This document shows, one piece after another, positions 26,791 to 35,750 of a DNA stretch of 64,000 nucleotides (within the stretch, counting starts at the first letter, position 1; each line of letters opens with the position of its first letter). The notes below the pieces were generated by a model that did no database searches, was not told the origin of the DNA, and was given only the letters and a program-made list of their open reading frames with translations. This DNA comes from a phage. Location of the stretch: NCBI GenBank assembly GCA_028030915.1, contig GCA_028030915.1_4867.1; one strand, 5' to 3'. The position numbers and the translations under genes were made by a program.

Positions 26791-28968
26791 TTATGATAAC
26801 GATTTCTTTGGCCGCTCCCACGGTTTAGGGGCGGATTTGGTATACGGATTACATTCCATCATCTTGCCGAGATACGCATCGTAATACACGAAGCGATCGA
26901 CATAGAACTTCTCCACCGGTGCACTACTGGTAGCCGATTTCACCCGGTTGCGTTCCACAGCGAGGTTAATCGTCCCGGTAGGCGCGGGTTTTAGCGTGAA
27001 CATCACCGCACGGTTGTAACGCCAAGTGTCGTGCACAATATCAAACTCCGATACACTGTGTGCCATGATACCAAACAATGTGGTGCTCGGTAAATTGGCT
27101 ACAGCATCACCGTATGGTGTTCCCACCAAACCGCCGGGTATGTTTTGCTTTTTGAACAGCGTACCTGAAATAATCGTACCTAAGAACTCCACAACTACAG
27201 GCTTGGTTGGGTCGGTGACTTTATCTATCCCATCCGCACTGGCCAGTCGATTGGCATCTAAAACTGCGAGGTAGTCGAGGAACTCTTGGTACTCGTCGGT
27301 AACATTCGGTTTCACCGTTCCGACGGATACCCAGTTGACGATACTTTTATTCCCACCGACAGCTTCGCCTGCCATCCCAGGGCGAGTCCATGACATCCCG
27401 TCTTCACGACCGTAGACATAGACTGGCGAGCCGGTAGCCGGGGTGTTCCATTGCTCGAACGCTGTATATCGTCCCGGCTGGCCCCAATCCCCACCCGGAC
27501 CGCCATAGTAGCGACTCTGGTAGCCGGTAAATTGCGCGACGACTAACTGGGTAGCACCGCCTTTGTCACGGGACCCAGCTAAGCCGTTACGGTTATTGGT
27601 GCCGCTGGGCACCGCCGCGCCTGGCCCGAGAGGCGCACCACCAGCTCCACCGATCTTGGTGGTGCTAAACGCATAGTAGTCGCCCCCACCCCCACCTCCG
27701 GCGATGGTGCCGTAGTTTTCGATGGTGACTTTGCCACGGAAGGCATCGGTAATGTGGATTGCGTCAGCTCCGTCTGCTGATGTGTTCGCAGGCAGAGAAT
27801 AGACCATACCCGAACCACCACGACCAAGAATGGTTCCCCGGTTAACGAAGTTCCAAACCACCTCGCCAATTTGCGGCAATTCGTCGATAACGAACGTCGG
27901 TTTCAGGTTGCTGTCGCGATAAACGAAAGCCCCTGCATCCACGGTCACGTTAACAAACAAACGCCCGCACGCCGCATGGTTGGTCAACGTCGTGGCCCAG
28001 TAGCTGTCCGAAACTTGCGACGTAGTTGTGTAGTTCAGGTTAAGGGTTTGCTCGTTATCTTGATAGCGTGCCACATTCAACGTGGCACTGCCCATGACTT
28101 TGTACGAACCCTCCACGGGTGCCAATTGCACTTGTCTTGGCCACTCGCCTGCCAAGTTCTCTACAGGAGCAATTTCGTTTACATCAAAAACACTCCGAAT
28201 GCCGAGTGTCTCGATGGCCAGAGCATCGTGCAGGCTACCGGTGAAATCATCCGGGACGTATGTGGTTTTGCCTGCATATGTCTCGAGTTTGTTACGTGAA
28301 AAGAACACATACTTCGTTCCAAACATCCCGCTCCCCGGTCTAGCGGTCAAAGCCACGACGCTGTTATACGCAGAGGTTTGGCCTATATCCTCCGGGGACA
28401 TCGGGGCGCTGACATCGACTTTATCAAGATCCACGATCCGTTTGGCTGCATTAGAGTAGAAGTTAATCCACTGCTGTTTATTCGCAGCCTTTAACGTGAG
28501 AATGATATTGGTAACAGTGTAGACGGTGTTGATATCCACGTCGCCGTTTATCACATCTAGCGTTTGGCTGCCGTACCAGACAAGACTTGTCTGTTTCGCC
28601 TGGAACGTGATGCGCGCAGCATTGTTTGTCCAAGTGATAGGCAGGTCTTCAAAGTCGTCGGTTAAAAAGGTAATCCCCAGTAAAGTGTCTAAATGCGGCA
28701 ACAGTTCGTGAATGGATGCACAAGTGGGAATGGCATCCAACTTAACCTTAGCGAAATAATCAGCAATATTTTGCTTCGTGACTTGGGCCGTAATTTGACC
28801 GTAATTTGAATACCCCGGACCCCCTGTCAGTGTGACGTCTAGGGTTTTTTCGTCACGATGCGCCACGGACACCAGGCGTACGTTAGCGGGGTCTACTGCT
28901 TTGGCGACCGCGTTTTTACGGTTGAGCGACCGAATCACGGTCGCCACTAAATCAGGAGTGTAGGACAT
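26791..28968 (-). CDS. Gly-rich fibre-like structural protein (725 aa) with C-terminal PYTKSAPKPW tag
   Basis: Gly-rich tracts (TIAGGGGGGDYY, GGAGGAPLGPGAA); C-terminal NPYTKSAPKPWERPKK resembles the C-terminus of the upstream 439-aa protein. Confidence 0.6.
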   Translation of the reverse strand: MSYTPDLVATVIRSLNRKNAVAKAVDPANVRLVSVAHRDEKTLDVTLTGGPGYSNYGQITAQVTKQNIADYFAKVKLDAIPTCASIHELLPHLDTLLGITFLTDDFEDLPITWTNNAARITFQAKQTSLVWYGSQTLDVINGDVDINTVYTVTNIILTLKAANKQQWINFYSNAAKRIVDLDKVDVSAPMSPEDIGQTSAYNSVVALTARPGSGMFGTKYVFFSRNKLETYAGKTTYVPDDFTGSLHDALAIETLGIRSVFDVNEIAPVENLAGEWPRQVQLAPVEGSYKVMGSATLNVARYQDNEQTLNLNYTTTSQVSDSYWATTLTNHAACGRLFVNVTVDAGAFVYRDSNLKPTFVIDELPQIGEVVWNFVNRGTILGRGGSGMVYSLPANTSADGADAIHITDAFRGKVTIENYGTIAGGGGGGDYYAFSTTKIGGAGGAPLGPGAAVPSGTNNRNGLAGSRDKGGATQLVVAQFTGYQSRYYGGPGGDWGQPGRYTAFEQWNTPATGSPVYVYGREDGMSWTRPGMAGEAVGGNKSIVNWVSVGTVKPNVTDEYQEFLDYLAVLDANRLASADGIDKVTDPTKPVVVEFLGTIISGTLFKKQNIPGGLVGTPYGDAVANLPSTTLFGIMAHSVSEFDIVHDTWRYNRAVMFTLKPAPTGTINLAVERNRVKSATSSAPVEKFYVDRFVYYDAYLGKMMECNPYTKSAPKPWERPKKSLS

Positions 28969-28982
28969 GGTGACACCTTAGT

Positions 28983-30302
28983 CTATAGCGGTGGATACCA
29001 AGGGACCGGGGCGGTTTTGCTATATGGACTGTAGACCATATAGCCGCCTTTGCTTGGGTCGTAATAGATGAAATAGTTACAGTAATTCGAGTAGAGGCTC
29101 GTCAATTGTTTGGATTGGTATCCGTTACGGTATAGTCCCTGGTAAGTAATAGCCGATGTCGTGGTGGTGTAAGCAGTGTGGTACAGTACCCGACGCCGGT
29201 TAGCAATACTTTCTTGGAACATCTCTTCGGTCGGAAACGCGTGTTGCATCAGCCGTCGAATACTCCCGGTACAGTATCGAGTGCCATACGGGGAACCCGT
29301 TAAATCATCCATTGTTTCAGGCGCTTCCGCCCGAGTCAACACGTACTCGTTTTGATACAACGTGACGCTCATCGAATTTGAGCTGGTTTCCCGGAACCTC
29401 ATGTAACGCGCATAACGTTCGACGTCCTCTTCCTGCGCCAAATAGGCCACGTTATTTTTCGGACCAAAGTGCAAGAAGAACGGACGGCGGAGATTACCCA
29501 TATCCTCAGGTGGCGTCAACTTCACGCAGTAATTGTACTCCCCACGCATATCAGGGTCTAAGCCTGGGTTGTTATTGCGTGTAGCGACATACCCATAGAG
29601 GTCATACGGGTTATCGGTAGCAGCATTACTGATGGTGAACGGGATGCCAGACCATGCCGACAGCGCCGCGATAAACTGGGTCATGTACGAGTTACTGTTT
29701 AGTCGCAGCGGGGTACCCATTGGAATATTGATTATCTGTTGGGTGTACATGCTCCAGTCGAGTCGATAGACCGTGCTGTAAACATCCATGGGTTCCCAAG
29801 CCCCGGTTTCGGTGGTGTGGTACAAGTCGGCAAAGCTGGGCTCTTCACGAATAAAGCTAATAGGAATGTGACCCGTGAATGCGGGGTTATCCGATTTAAT
29901 CGCCACCGTCCGATCGCCCGTTGCCACAGTGATCATTGCAAACTGGCTGTCGGGATACGTTAAATCGTCAGCAGTAAGCACCAACCCACATGCTGCGGAA
30001 ATCCGGTCGATGATGTCGCGGTAGACCGTCGCCCGATAAGGTACTTTAACCGGTACGCTGACGCCTTTAAAATACTGCGAAAGGTTTAAGCGGTCGTAGT
30101 AGATGTCCATCTTACCGCTGTAACCGCCACCCTGTAATCCGTTTACCACTATACGGCTGTTGCGGCCATCGCGCAAGGCATTGGTTAAAGGACCTTGTAA
30201 TAACGCCACGTTGGTTGCGTTGAGTGGTTTCTTGAGCTGCGGGTTATCACGATTAATCTGATCCCAAACCAGCTGCATGACAGGTTTGTTATAGTTGATC
30301 AT
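28983..30302 (-). CDS. paralog-family protein, A-type variant (439 aa) with C-terminal SPYSKTAPVPW tag
   Basis: family N-terminus (...INRDNPQL...MDIYYDRLNLSQYF); C-terminus SPYSKTAPVPWYPPL instead of NGELDGF. Confidence 0.6.
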   Translation of the reverse strand: MINYNKPVMQLVWDQINRDNPQLKKPLNATNVALLQGPLTNALRDGRNSRIVVNGLQGGGYSGKMDIYYDRLNLSQYFKGVSVPVKVPYRATVYRDIIDRISAACGLVLTADDLTYPDSQFAMITVATGDRTVAIKSDNPAFTGHIPISFIREEPSFADLYHTTETGAWEPMDVYSTVYRLDWSMYTQQIINIPMGTPLRLNSNSYMTQFIAALSAWSGIPFTISNAATDNPYDLYGYVATRNNNPGLDPDMRGEYNYCVKLTPPEDMGNLRRPFFLHFGPKNNVAYLAQEEDVERYARYMRFRETSSNSMSVTLYQNEYVLTRAEAPETMDDLTGSPYGTRYCTGSIRRLMQHAFPTEEMFQESIANRRRVLYHTAYTTTTSAITYQGLYRNGYQSKQLTSLYSNYCNYFIYYDPSKGGYMVYSPYSKTAPVPWYPPL

Positions 30303-30310
30303 TGCAACGT

Positions 30311-30350
30311 CCTAAAAAAAGAAAATAGGCCCTGAAGGGCCTATTTTTAG
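30311..30350. terminator. rho-independent terminator
   Basis: hairpin aggccctgaagggcct with T-runs on both strands; between the A-gene remnant and 28983..30302. Confidence 0.55.
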
Positions 30351-30376
30351 CTGCTATGGTGAAGTACGCTATCCCT

Positions 30377-30469
30377 TTAACTCCAGCTGATTCGACCTGC
30401 GTGTTGGGGATTATCCCGCTGAATGAGCCGACACAACAGCTCAAGTGCAGTGGATGAGTAAAACCCCAT
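30377..30469 (-). pseudogene. 30-codon remnant of an A-type paralog N-terminus
   Basis: ATG 30469 with caggag SD; translates MGFYSSTALELLCRLIQRDNPQHAGRISWS then TAA; compare A3 MGLYSAPELELLCQQVVRDNPELAGRISADS; sits where a fourth A gene would follow C3. Confidence 0.5.
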
Positions 30470-30480
30470 ATTAGCTCCTG

Positions 30481-31383
30481 TTAGCTAAGAACCAATTCGA
30501 TAACGTGGACTACCGACGCGCTATCGGTCGAATAGGTATACGATGGTGAGTCTGGTGAGTTGCTGCGATAGTACCAGGCGTTGTAGATGTCACGACCGTT
30601 GGCAAACAATGTTGCGCTTGAATCGGTTGGACTACCGCCGGAGCGCATCGGTAAGTCGCCAAAACGTCTTACGACGCCCGCGTACCGGAACAAGCTTGCG
30701 AACGTGTTGTGCCACTCGCCGTCTTGAAAATAACCACCGCTGCTTAGGTAGGTGCTGTGCCCATAACTGTAGTCTCCGAGTCGAGGCAAGCGTACCACAT
30801 ACTCGTAACCGTCTTTATTAAATGTCCGACGCTGGTTAGTGGTAGTGACGCCCCCTGGCGGGAAACCGTAGTCATCTGTTCCCCAGGCCAGACCTTGCCG
30901 GTATTGTTCTTCCCACGTCGTCCCTAAACGGGTCACCGTGTCAGGAATGAACAGAATGCGTCCTTTGAAAACGAATTTATGGAACAATGTTGGAGCTTGG
31001 TTCCAGGCATTAAAGCCAATTAAACCATTCAGCTCGGCATGGTTAAGAATAAATTCTTCGTTTGTCAGTGTGCCAAAGTAGCCACGATGCCAATCGCCAC
31101 GAATAAGTTCCTGTGGGCCGGGCCCTGTCATTGGAAAGTCGCCCTGTACAATCGGCAGCCCCATAACCTTTTCAGTGCCCTTTACCGCCACGATGCGATA
31201 TTGATACGTTTTATACGCCTCGGTGGTCGTGTCCTCGTACGTCGTTGTGTTACCTGGTAGTGTTACAATAGGTTCCCCCGGTGCCACTGGGTTAACACTT
31301 TGTCTAGGGTTGTCGTAACGATAGATTTCAATGGAATCTAAAGTCTGACCTGGCTGTTGTTTCCAGTTTAAGATAATCGACAT
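30481..31383 (-). CDS. module protein C3 (FN3-like N-terminus plus shared GPGP/GYFG domain), 300 aa
   Basis: MSIILNWKQ...IEIYR...YQYRIVAVKG beta-sandwich-like N-terminus; TGPGPQELIRGDWHRGYFGTLTNEEF; paralog of C1 and C2. Confidence 0.65.
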   Translation of the reverse strand: MSIILNWKQQPGQTLDSIEIYRYDNPRQSVNPVAPGEPIVTLPGNTTTYEDTTTEAYKTYQYRIVAVKGTEKVMGLPIVQGDFPMTGPGPQELIRGDWHRGYFGTLTNEEFILNHAELNGLIGFNAWNQAPTLFHKFVFKGRILFIPDTVTRLGTTWEEQYRQGLAWGTDDYGFPPGGVTTTNQRRTFNKDGYEYVVRLPRLGDYSYGHSTYLSSGGYFQDGEWHNTFASLFRYAGVVRRFGDLPMRSGGSPTDSSATLFANGRDIYNAWYYRSNSPDSPSYTYSTDSASVVHVIELVLS

Positions 31384-31386
31384 GTT

Positions 31387-32385
31387 TTACTCCACTAACT
31401 CGATAACGAATGCGTACAAACCGACCTTCTCAGCACTATCAACTAACGTAACTTGGGAGAGGTTACGTTTCGACGTATTGGTTATGCTTGAATCGATAGG
31501 CGCAGACCCGCGAACCAGAACTAATCCCGATTCAGGATCACGTTCTTGGCACAAGAAACCTTTGCCTTGGTAAGCGCTACCGCTCCCATAAATGGACGCT
31601 GGACTAATATTAGTCCAGTTAGGGAGCATTTGTTTGTTAGGGATACATTCTCCGAACGGATAAACAAAATCGTTATATTCGCAGCGACCATATTCCAAGT
31701 CATCATGGTCTGCGTTTCGCAACGATTCATCCAATGTCATTACTGTCGGTTCGTCCCCGTCGGTTAAACCGCGCAGCAATCGCATCCGATAGGTGTCGCC
31801 TTGCCATTCAAACAACCCACTCTGGTCAACACCTGCCAAATCCCCACGTCCGTTATCAGGACCAAATCCATCAACACCGTACACAAGCCCCGCGTTATAA
31901 ATGTCATTCCACGAGTAAAGTGTAGAGTTAAATCGTCCGCCGCTGTTCATCATGTAGTAAACTTTACCATGACGATAAAACTTGTTCATGATTAGCGTGC
32001 CCGTGCCCGATATCCCTGTTAATGCACGAAAGCCTGCAGGCAACGCGTCATAGGTCATCTGTTCTTCGAACGGCAACTGCCCCAGAAACGCCAAGTCGTC
32101 AGTATCGGAATAGTTAATCTGGTCGACGCCACCCACACCACGACGGTTTTTAATGACAATGGATTTTTGTGGACTACCTACGGTACGACCGTTAACAGTT
32201 ACTGTTAAAAGATACCAGTAACGGGTGTTAAGAATAACGGTTTCGTCCGTCCATTCCGTTTCGCCATTACTTAAAGTTGCAATAGGGGCTGGTAATGCGG
32301 CTGTATTTATTTTAGCCGTGCCCCGATAAATGTTAACAATTGAACCTGCCGGATTTTCATTTTTCCAGCGTAGTGTGAAAGCCAT
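31387..32385 (-). CDS. module protein B3 (FN3-like N-terminus plus shared domain), 332 aa
   Basis: MAFTLRWKN...VNIYRG...YWYLLTVTVNG; paralog of B1 and B2. Confidence 0.65.
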   Translation of the reverse strand: MAFTLRWKNENPAGSIVNIYRGTAKINTAALPAPIATLSNGETEWTDETVILNTRYWYLLTVTVNGRTVGSPQKSIVIKNRRGVGGVDQINYSDTDDLAFLGQLPFEEQMTYDALPAGFRALTGISGTGTLIMNKFYRHGKVYYMMNSGGRFNSTLYSWNDIYNAGLVYGVDGFGPDNGRGDLAGVDQSGLFEWQGDTYRMRLLRGLTDGDEPTVMTLDESLRNADHDDLEYGRCEYNDFVYPFGECIPNKQMLPNWTNISPASIYGSGSAYQGKGFLCQERDPESGLVLVRGSAPIDSSITNTSKRNLSQVTLVDSAEKVGLYAFVIELVE

Positions 32386-32395
32386 CTGTTACTCC

Positions 32396-33838
32396 TTAGA
32401 AGCCGTTCAACTCACCGTTCGCGGTTGCTAAATCTGTTTTAAGTGGAGGTTCTGCCTGAGTAGGCGGTAGTGGACGCGGTGCGTCGACGTGTGGTTCAAG
32501 TACAACCATCGGCCTAACTGTACCTACGCTCTTCGACACTGTCGATAACGGCAGCGCAGTATCGACGTTTGGTTCACCCACCACAATCGGGCTGATAGGT
32601 TCTTCCACCTGTTCCGCAGTTGTTGCTAGAGGTCTCGGCGCATCTGTTGTCGCAACCTCGACTGCAAGAGGGCGAATGCTATCAGGTTGTGGTGATGGTA
32701 CATTAGGAATAACCCTAACGCGCCACACAACATCCCCTTCCACATCAGCTAAAGGTAAGACGATGTCGTCCTTATTGATTTCCTCTAAAACAGGCCACCA
32801 GTAAGTGGTATCTGCAAGGGTTACCCATTCAACTGAGCCACCGCGCATATTGCAACGTTGTACTTTAACAGGGTTACCCCCGGTTAACAGTTGTTGCGTG
32901 AAGAAGACGGTGGTTCTGGTTAACGTGGTGTCATTTGCCCAGTCGCCACCCGTAGAACCGTCACCGAGTTGTGAAATAAGCCACAACGGCGTGGCCTTTG
33001 ATAAATCAGGGCTAACCGGAACGGAGACGCGGTAATAATGCGTCTTGTTATTCTCAGTTTTCGTGACAATCAAAGCCTGGTCAACAGGTTCGATACCGTC
33101 TGGATACGGACCAGCGTCACCTGTACCGAAAATGGCACCCGCTTGATAAAGGGCCGTCCAGGTTGCTGTTAACGTTCCGGTAGTCGGTAGATAAACAATC
33201 TTACCATCCTTGAAAAATTTCAACCACTCGAAAGTCATTTTCGTTGGGGCAATATCAGGACGAATTAGGTTGTTTAGTTCAGCAAAGGTAAATAACTCTT
33301 GCTGAGAAACGTGGCCGAAGTATCCGTTTGTGCTGTCCCCTGCCAACAGATATTTATTGCCTGGCCCAGAATCTGGATAGTACCTTACGGCTTCATTCAA
33401 ATAATCGACCGGGATATAGCCGCGATAGCATACGCTATTATACGCGGTTAAATTAATACGTGTTGGCGTTGCCAGCGATTTGATAGGCGCGTCTACCGAC
33501 TGTACACTGCTATCAGATAACCAAACACCGTATAAATCGCGTAGAGCTGGGAGAAGATCCCGCACGGTCTTGGCCGTTTGTGGTACGTAGACGCGCGGAG
33601 CTATTTTAAATAGATCTGATAATGTTAAACGGTCGTAATAGACCGTTATTTCCCCAGAGAATCCTTTACCGGGTTTACCTACCAACGTAATCACCGTGTT
33701 ACGACCATTCTTAGTGGTCTCGGCAGGAATACCCCTCACCCCAATCGAATCAGCACTGATTCGACCTGCGAGTTCAGGGTTATCCCTTACAACCTGTTGG
33801 CAGAGCAGTTCCAGTTCGGGTGCGCTATACAATCCCAT
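32396..33838 (-). CDS. module protein A3 (family N-terminal domain, central GPG/GYFG domain, C-terminal xPRPL repeats plus NGELNGF tag), 480 aa
   Basis: N-terminus nearly identical to A2 (MGLYSAPELELLCQQVVRDNPELAGRIS...ITVYYDRLTLSDLF); ends ...ATANGELNGF. Confidence 0.65.
   Translation of the reverse strand: MGLYSAPELELLCQQVVRDNPELAGRISADSIGVRGIPAETTKNGRNTVITLVGKPGKGFSGEITVYYDRLTLSDLFKIAPRVYVPQTAKTVRDLLPALRDLYGVWLSDSSVQSVDAPIKSLATPTRINLTAYNSVCYRGYIPVDYLNEAVRYYPDSGPGNKYLLAGDSTNGYFGHVSQQELFTFAELNNLIRPDIAPTKMTFEWLKFFKDGKIVYLPTTGTLTATWTALYQAGAIFGTGDAGPYPDGIEPVDQALIVTKTENNKTHYYRVSVPVSPDLSKATPLWLISQLGDGSTGGDWANDTTLTRTTVFFTQQLLTGGNPVKVQRCNMRGGSVEWVTLADTTYWWPVLEEINKDDIVLPLADVEGDVVWRVRVIPNVPSPQPDSIRPLAVEVATTDAPRPLATTAEQVEEPISPIVVGEPNVDTALPLSTVSKSVGTVRPMVVLEPHVDAPRPLPPTQAEPPLKTDLATANGELNGF
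33605..33838. repeat. nucleotide-level repeat (A3 5' region) shared with A2
   Basis: about 230 nt visibly near-identical to 37015..37247 (ggtcgtaata..ccgttatttccccag..tcctttaccgggtt..cctaccaacgtaatc..ttggcagagcagttcca..). Confidence 0.6.
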
Positions 33839-33849
33839 GAAGTCTCCTG

Positions 33850-34749
33850 TTAAGGCAGAACGAGTTCAAGTACCGCAATAGAGCGTATTGTAGCGGTACC
33901 GTAGTTACCCCATAACGGCGACTCTGGGTAGGGTGGACGGTTGTACCACTGAGCGGACAAGTTAACCATAGCCGCAAAGAATGCAGATTGTTGGGCAGTA
34001 ACCGAATCGATTGAACCGACCGGAAGGTCGTCAAAGCGCGGAAACTGCCCACTGTAGTTGTACAGGCGCGCGAAGGTGTTAAACCACTCACCGTCGAGAT
34101 ACAACTCGGTGTTACCGCTTCCAACGAAAGACGTCCAGTATTTGTAGTCGAACAAATACGGCAAGCGCACCACGTATTCGTAACCGTTTTTCGTCACCGT
34201 GCGGCGTTGGTTACGTGCACTAGCCCAGCTCGGCACATATCCGTTGCCATCCTGGCCGTACATCAGCCCCTGGTTATAAATGAACTGCGGGCTAGCGTAT
34301 ATTATCGAGTTATCGGACATAAACAGAATACGGTTTTTGTAAATGAACTTATGCCAGGCACCAACGGCGGAACTGAACATATTCACCACGAGGCTGTTCA
34401 GTTCCGCGTTAGTGAATAACTCTGCTGGCGTTACTGTTCCAAAGTATCCGGCGTGCCAGTCGCCGTATAACAGTTTCTGGGGGCCAGGCCCGGTGTCTAA
34501 AAAGAACCCTTGGGCGGTAGGGGTGTTGAAGACACGCTCACCGTCTTTAACCGCAGCTATCCAATAACGGTAAGTGGTGTTGTTTTCCACAGCGTTGTCT
34601 TCGTACGATGTAGCGTCACCCGGAAGGGTTGCCAGAGGCGTTCCCGGTGCATTAACATCAATGGTGGCGTTGCCCGGCGTCTTGCGATAGATTTCAATGT
34701 TATCGAGCGCCTGTGGCTTCCGTTGTGCAAAGTTTAATGTAATAGGCAT
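33850..34749 (-). CDS. module protein C2, about 299 aa
   Basis: start refined to ATG 34749 (gagga SD; listed start is TTG 34785); MPITLNFAQ...IEIYRK...YRYWIAAVKD; TGPGPQKLLYGDWHAGYFGTVTPAELF. Confidence 0.65.
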   Translation of the reverse strand: MPITLNFAQRKPQALDNIEIYRKTPGNATIDVNAPGTPLATLPGDATSYEDNAVENNTTYRYWIAAVKDGERVFNTPTAQGFFLDTGPGPQKLLYGDWHAGYFGTVTPAELFTNAELNSLVVNMFSSAVGAWHKFIYKNRILFMSDNSIIYASPQFIYNQGLMYGQDGNGYVPSWASARNQRRTVTKNGYEYVVRLPYLFDYKYWTSFVGSGNTELYLDGEWFNTFARLYNYSGQFPRFDDLPVGSIDSVTAQQSAFFAAMVNLSAQWYNRPPYPESPLWGNYGTATIRSIAVLELVLP

Positions 34750-34751
34750 GA

Positions 34752-35738
34752 TTAATCCTCGATAAGCTCGATTACTGGAATCCAAATACCGCCGGTCGCA
34801 CCAGGGACATGTTGTATACGCTGGAGGTTATCCACAGTATCAGTGGAATCCGCCGCCGCCCATCCGCGCGTCAGCCCCAACTTACTGTCTGGGTCAAACT
34901 CCTGACAATGCGCCCCACGGCCTGCCACCAGCGATCCACTTCCGAATATGCTGGTGTTCGACCACTTTATCAGGGACATCACTTTTTTCTTTTCTGGGAA
35001 CCAGCTACTTATCCCATAGATGAGTCGGTTGTATTCGCTATCGGCAGTATACGGCGACTCGTCATGGAGTTTACCGTTCCACTGTGCGTCGAGTGTCATG
35101 ACCGGGCTTTCACTGTCGAGCGTTAACCCGCGCAGCAGGCGCATCCGATAGCGGTCACCCAACCACGTAAACTCCCCAGCCTGGTCAACGTCAGGTAAAT
35201 CACCATGACCGCCTTCCGGACCAGGTCCCGCCACACCGTACAGCAAACCCGCGTTATAAATCGCATCACGGCTATACAGCGTGTTGCCGTTCACACGAAG
35301 ACCACTAAACAGATACAGAATTTTACCGTCTAGCTGGAACTTCATCAAGCCCGGCTTAACAGTTGGGTCGTATCCAGAAAGGGCCACAAACCCTGGCGGA
35401 TAATCACCCGCGCTAGGTAATTCACCGTACGCCACGTACCCGTAATACGCAAAGCGGTCATCACCGTACTGTGGAGCCACGATGCCGATACCGCGACGGT
35501 TCTGAATCAGAATTGATTTCTGCGGACTGAACAGTGTCCGACTTCCCACTGTCACGGTGGTCATGTAGTAATACGTTGTCCCCAGTATCGCTGTTCGGTC
35601 AGTATACTCAGTTTCCCCGTTAGTGAACGTTGCCAGGGGTTCAGGTAATGCCGTACGCACCAGAGGTTTGGTGTCGCGGTACAGCTTCACGGTCGAAGCC
35701 CCAGAGTTATTGTTCGTCCAACGAATTGTAAAAGCCAT
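34752..35738 (-). CDS. module protein B2, 328 aa
   Basis: MAFTIRWTNNNSGASTVKLYRD...YYYMTTVTVGS. Confidence 0.65.
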   Translation of the reverse strand: MAFTIRWTNNNSGASTVKLYRDTKPLVRTALPEPLATFTNGETEYTDRTAILGTTYYYMTTVTVGSRTLFSPQKSILIQNRRGIGIVAPQYGDDRFAYYGYVAYGELPSAGDYPPGFVALSGYDPTVKPGLMKFQLDGKILYLFSGLRVNGNTLYSRDAIYNAGLLYGVAGPGPEGGHGDLPDVDQAGEFTWLGDRYRMRLLRGLTLDSESPVMTLDAQWNGKLHDESPYTADSEYNRLIYGISSWFPEKKKVMSLIKWSNTSIFGSGSLVAGRGAHCQEFDPDSKLGLTRGWAAADSTDTVDNLQRIQHVPGATGGIWIPVIELIED

Positions 35739-35750
35739 TGTCGTTACCTC

